DNA from: Erwinia phage Derbicus
Sequence record: MK514282.1
Length of the DNA: 40,000 bases
Reading direction: 5' to 3' (one strand)
Position 1 is the stretch's first letter. Each line of letters opens with the position of its first letter. Positions 37,586 through 40,000 of the stretch are shown piece after piece. Position numbers and translations under genes: made by a program. The notes beneath the pieces were generated by a model. It did not search any database, had not been told where the DNA came from, and was given only the letters and a program-made list of their open reading frames with translations.

Positions 37586-37974
37586 AGAATGGCAGCTTAA
37601 GCCACGAAACCCTTATCAACACGCTTAAGCTTGACACCACCTCTCTGTTTAAGCGTCGAGATCATCGGGCGGTAACTTACCAAGAGGCGTACGACGAGCT
37701 AATGGCTTCGTACGATGCCTCGTTAGGTTTGGACACGGGCCGATTCCATGTGGCGATGTCCAGTCAGGAAGATCCTCTGGCTAACTCGCTGTATCAGATA
37801 TGGGTGGAAACGTTTATTAGGGAGGATGTCTATAAGTATCTGGGGTTAAACTTCCAGCAGTTCTTAGACCAGCCACGCTGGATTATCGACATGCAGCTGA
37901 AGTCCATCAAACGACGTCATCAAGACGAGAGTGCGTTGGCAACCGAGATACAAAACAGCCTTCCGAAAGACTAA
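37519..37974 (+). CDS. -1 frame extension (about 151 aa) of 35420..37585; independently only ATG 37702 is available
   Basis: Continuous open frame reading RALSSG...KYWLENGSLSHETLINTLKLDTTSLFKRRDHRAVTYQEAYDELMASYDAS...; no ATG/GTG/TTG between 37495 and 37701; no good RBS for 37702. Confidence 0.55.
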   Translation, partial: RALSSGVRDSETLNRSIRKYWLENGSLSHETLINTLKLDTTSLFKRRDHRAVTYQEAYDELMASYDASLGLDTGRFHVAMSSQEDPLANSLYQIWVETFIREDVYKYLGLNFQQFLDQPRWIIDMQLKSIKRRHQDESALATEIQNSLPKD

Positions 37975-37977
37975 CAC

Positions 37978-38004
37978 GGTGCCCTTCGGGGCACCTTTCT
38001 TTTT
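37978..38004 (+). terminator. Rho-independent terminator
   Basis: GGTGCCC-TTCG-GGGCACC followed by TTTCTTTTTTT. Confidence 0.92.
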
Positions 38005-38045
38005 TTGTCGCCTTGGTATGTATCCACCATTAGGACCCCACAGCC

Positions 38046-38909
38046 ATGAATGATTTATACGACTTCTACGCCAACTGTTTAATCGAAGTACGGCATCCTG
38101 ACCGTGCTGCGCCGTTGTGCGAGTTGGTGATGATGGCCATCGATAACGATTACGAACCTGCACTGGAGCAGATTTATAATTTAGAGATGGATGATGTTGC
38201 AGCACACATCGACACGCTTGAGGGTTGGATTATTAGTTGTGCGGTAGGGTTAGGTCATCGGCTGGGTATCGCTTTTGATATTGACTCGTGCTACCGCAAC
38301 CCGCGTGTTCCGTTGTTAGTGTTAAAAGCCGTACTGGAAGACTTAGAGGACTTCGAAGACTATGAGCACCTGCAGGCGATTGCGGAGTCAGGCGAACCAG
38401 AAGTAATTATTCTGGAGAACATGATTCGTTACGTGCGGGCGGATGAGTTCTTTGAAATCGGTACCGTCATTAAACTGATTGAACCGCGTCTGATGATTGT
38501 CATCGGCAACTTCCTCAATGCCCGTGCCCTCACCGACCAAGCCACTGCCATTGATGACGCGGAACTCGGTCGACTGGCGAAGTACATTCTCGCCTATCCT
38601 GAGAACCCGTCCGTCTGGGCGTTCCAGAATGCGGCTCGGGCCACTGAGCCGAATGTCTTGGCCACCACATTGGTGTTTGAAGACACCGGGGTGCCGGAAG
38701 AACGTCTGCTCGAAATCTACGCGGTAGGGTTAGCGTTGTACGACCACGATAACTTTGCCGACGCTTACACGGCGTTGGAAGAACGTCTGGCAATCATCAA
38801 TAACGACGGCTTGCCTCCAATGCCTATCTTAAAATCGGCGGCGGAAGTATTGAAGACGATTTACGAGGTAAACGATGGACAAGCTGCATTATCTGATAGC
38901 GGCCTGTAA
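38046..38909 (+). CDS. hypothetical phage protein (287 aa)
   Basis: ORF starting after a terminator, overlaps the next gene by 35 nt. Confidence 0.8.
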   Translation: MNDLYDFYANCLIEVRHPDRAAPLCELVMMAIDNDYEPALEQIYNLEMDDVAAHIDTLEGWIISCAVGLGHRLGIAFDIDSCYRNPRVPLLVLKAVLEDLEDFEDYEHLQAIAESGEPEVIILENMIRYVRADEFFEIGTVIKLIEPRLMIVIGNFLNARALTDQATAIDDAELGRLAKYILAYPENPSVWAFQNAARATEPNVLATTLVFEDTGVPEERLLEIYAVGLALYDHDNFADAYTALEERLAIINNDGLPPMPILKSAAEVLKTIYEVNDGQAALSDSGL

Positions 38910-40000
38910 CAGTCACGCATGGAAGCGACTGACATGGCGCATGTCTATCTTCAACGTGTGCCGTTGGCCTGAGGGGGTCACCCCAAAAGCATACGACCTG
39001 AACTTCATTGAGGGGATTCCGCACTTCTGGAATATTGACGAAGACTCACTCGGCAACTGGGAAGCGATTGCCGGGGCGAAGAAAGATGAAGAGTTGTTCT
39101 GGCCGGAAGAAGAGATAGCGATTAAAGCGGGGTATTATCCGGGGCTCGATAAAGACCTGATAACCTCAGCCGGTCGTTACGTTGCCAACTGGATTGTGGT
39201 CTACTTCTCGGTGGGAACCCGGTTACCGTATCTGGAAGAAGGGAAGTCCTTCTTGGTGTACGAGAAAGAACTGTACTCGCGTTGTCTGGCTTACGGCACG
39301 GATAACCCGGACGACCAAGAGGCATTGCGTCCAAGCCACGTAGCCGCCTTTATACAGGGTCTCAGCGAGATTGCACCGATGTGTAAGGCGATTGCCCCAA
39401 CCGGTACTCTGCGTTCGTTACAGACGCATCCAGACCTGTATAAGGTACGTGATGCCCTGCTCGAGAAACACAAGGACGAGTTGGACGACCCGGCGGTTAT
39501 CGTGAAGATTCAGAAGGTGCTGGATGACATGGACACCGAATGGTTACAAGGTGACCAGTCCATCGAATTCTACAGCTCGAAGAAGTCCCGAATGCGTCGA
39601 CGTAAGTTGCTTATCATGCACGGGATTGAAGCGTCCTTTAAAGAAGGGGGCGACTACACCCTGATTCCGACCTCGCTGATTGAAGGGGGTGACCTGACCA
39701 AACTCGTTGAGAAATTCAACGGCGTCCGTGAAGGTTCGTTCTCTCGTGGTGCGGAGACGGCGAAGGGTGGTGAGCAGGTTCGAATCATTCAGATGATCTT
39801 CCAGAACCATCGCATCACCGATGACGATTGCGGTACCAAACTTACCCATTTGGTGTTCATTAACGAAGCCAATGTCAAACGCTATGTTGGGATGAACATG
39901 GTGGAGACGGGTAAGAAGACGCAGTTAACCGAAGAGATGCTCAAAGGCTTGGTGGGTAAGGCGATACGCATTCGACGCCCTATCTTATGCCAACGAGGTC
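38875..40000 (+). CDS. second multisubunit RNA polymerase beta' C-terminal fragment (probably virion RNAP, phiKZ gp80-like), truncated by window end
   Basis: My translation from ATG 38875 stays open to the edge: ...VREGSFSRGAETAKGGEQVRIIQMIFQNHRITDDDCGTKLTHLV...LVGKAIRIRRPILC, matching the [34 protein letters not shown] region of beta'. Confidence 0.85.
   Translation, partial: MDKLHYLIAACNSHAWKRLTWRMSIFNVCRWPEGVTPKAYDLNFIEGIPHFWNIDEDSLGNWEAIAGAKKDEELFWPEEEIAIKAGYYPGLDKDLITSAGRYVANWIVVYFSVGTRLPYLEEGKSFLVYEKELYSRCLAYGTDNPDDQEALRPSHVAAFIQGLSEIAPMCKAIAPTGTLRSLQTHPDLYKVRDALLEKHKDELDDPAVIVKIQKVLDDMDTEWLQGDQSIEFYSSKKSRMRRRKLLIMHGIEASFKEGGDYTLIPTSLIEGGDLTKLVEKFNGVREGSFSRGAETAKGGEQVRIIQMIFQNHRITDDDCGTKLTHLVFINEANVKRYVGMNMVETGKKTQLTEEMLKGLVGKAIRIRRPILCQRG

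Noticed and set aside
1-40000. Transposases, integrases, homing endonucleases, toxin-antitoxin or anti-CRISPR-like cassettes
   Set aside because: No recognisable motifs, inverted-repeat ends or intron-like interruptions; small unknown ORFs alone are not evidence for such systems.

Overview
This window looks like a compact segment of a jumbo, nucleus-forming (phiKZ-like) phage infecting a gammaproteobacterium. The strongest anchors are (a) a 595-aa protein sitting where the phage-nucleus shell protein (chimallin, phiKZ gp54) sits, directly upstream of (b) the N-terminal half of a multisubunit RNA polymerase beta' subunit with an intact NADFDGD catalytic motif. They are followed by (c) a split beta C-terminal gene and beta' C-terminal gene, (d) an SF2 helicase and (e) at the right edge a second, different beta' C-terminal gene, probably the virion RNAP. 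A family-B-like DNA polymerase (DTDS motif), an SbcD/Mre11-like phosphoesterase and an SSB-like protein are also present. Most of the left 10 kb is small unassigned phage genes. The observations most worth follow-up are: a candidate -1 programmed ribosomal frameshift (T_TTT_TTC at 37513-37519) that would add about 151 aa to a 721-aa protein; a second candidate (T_TTA_AAT at 5537-5543); a roughly 240-bp non-coding region with a GATC cluster, palindromes and G-rich repeats between convergent genes (candidate origin or regulatory locus, 13702-13942); a promoter-like motif YATATRTTATC upstream of three operons; and an NPF/FG-rich low-complexity tail on a gene in the RNAP block. All assignments come from reading motifs and gene order; no database search was run.
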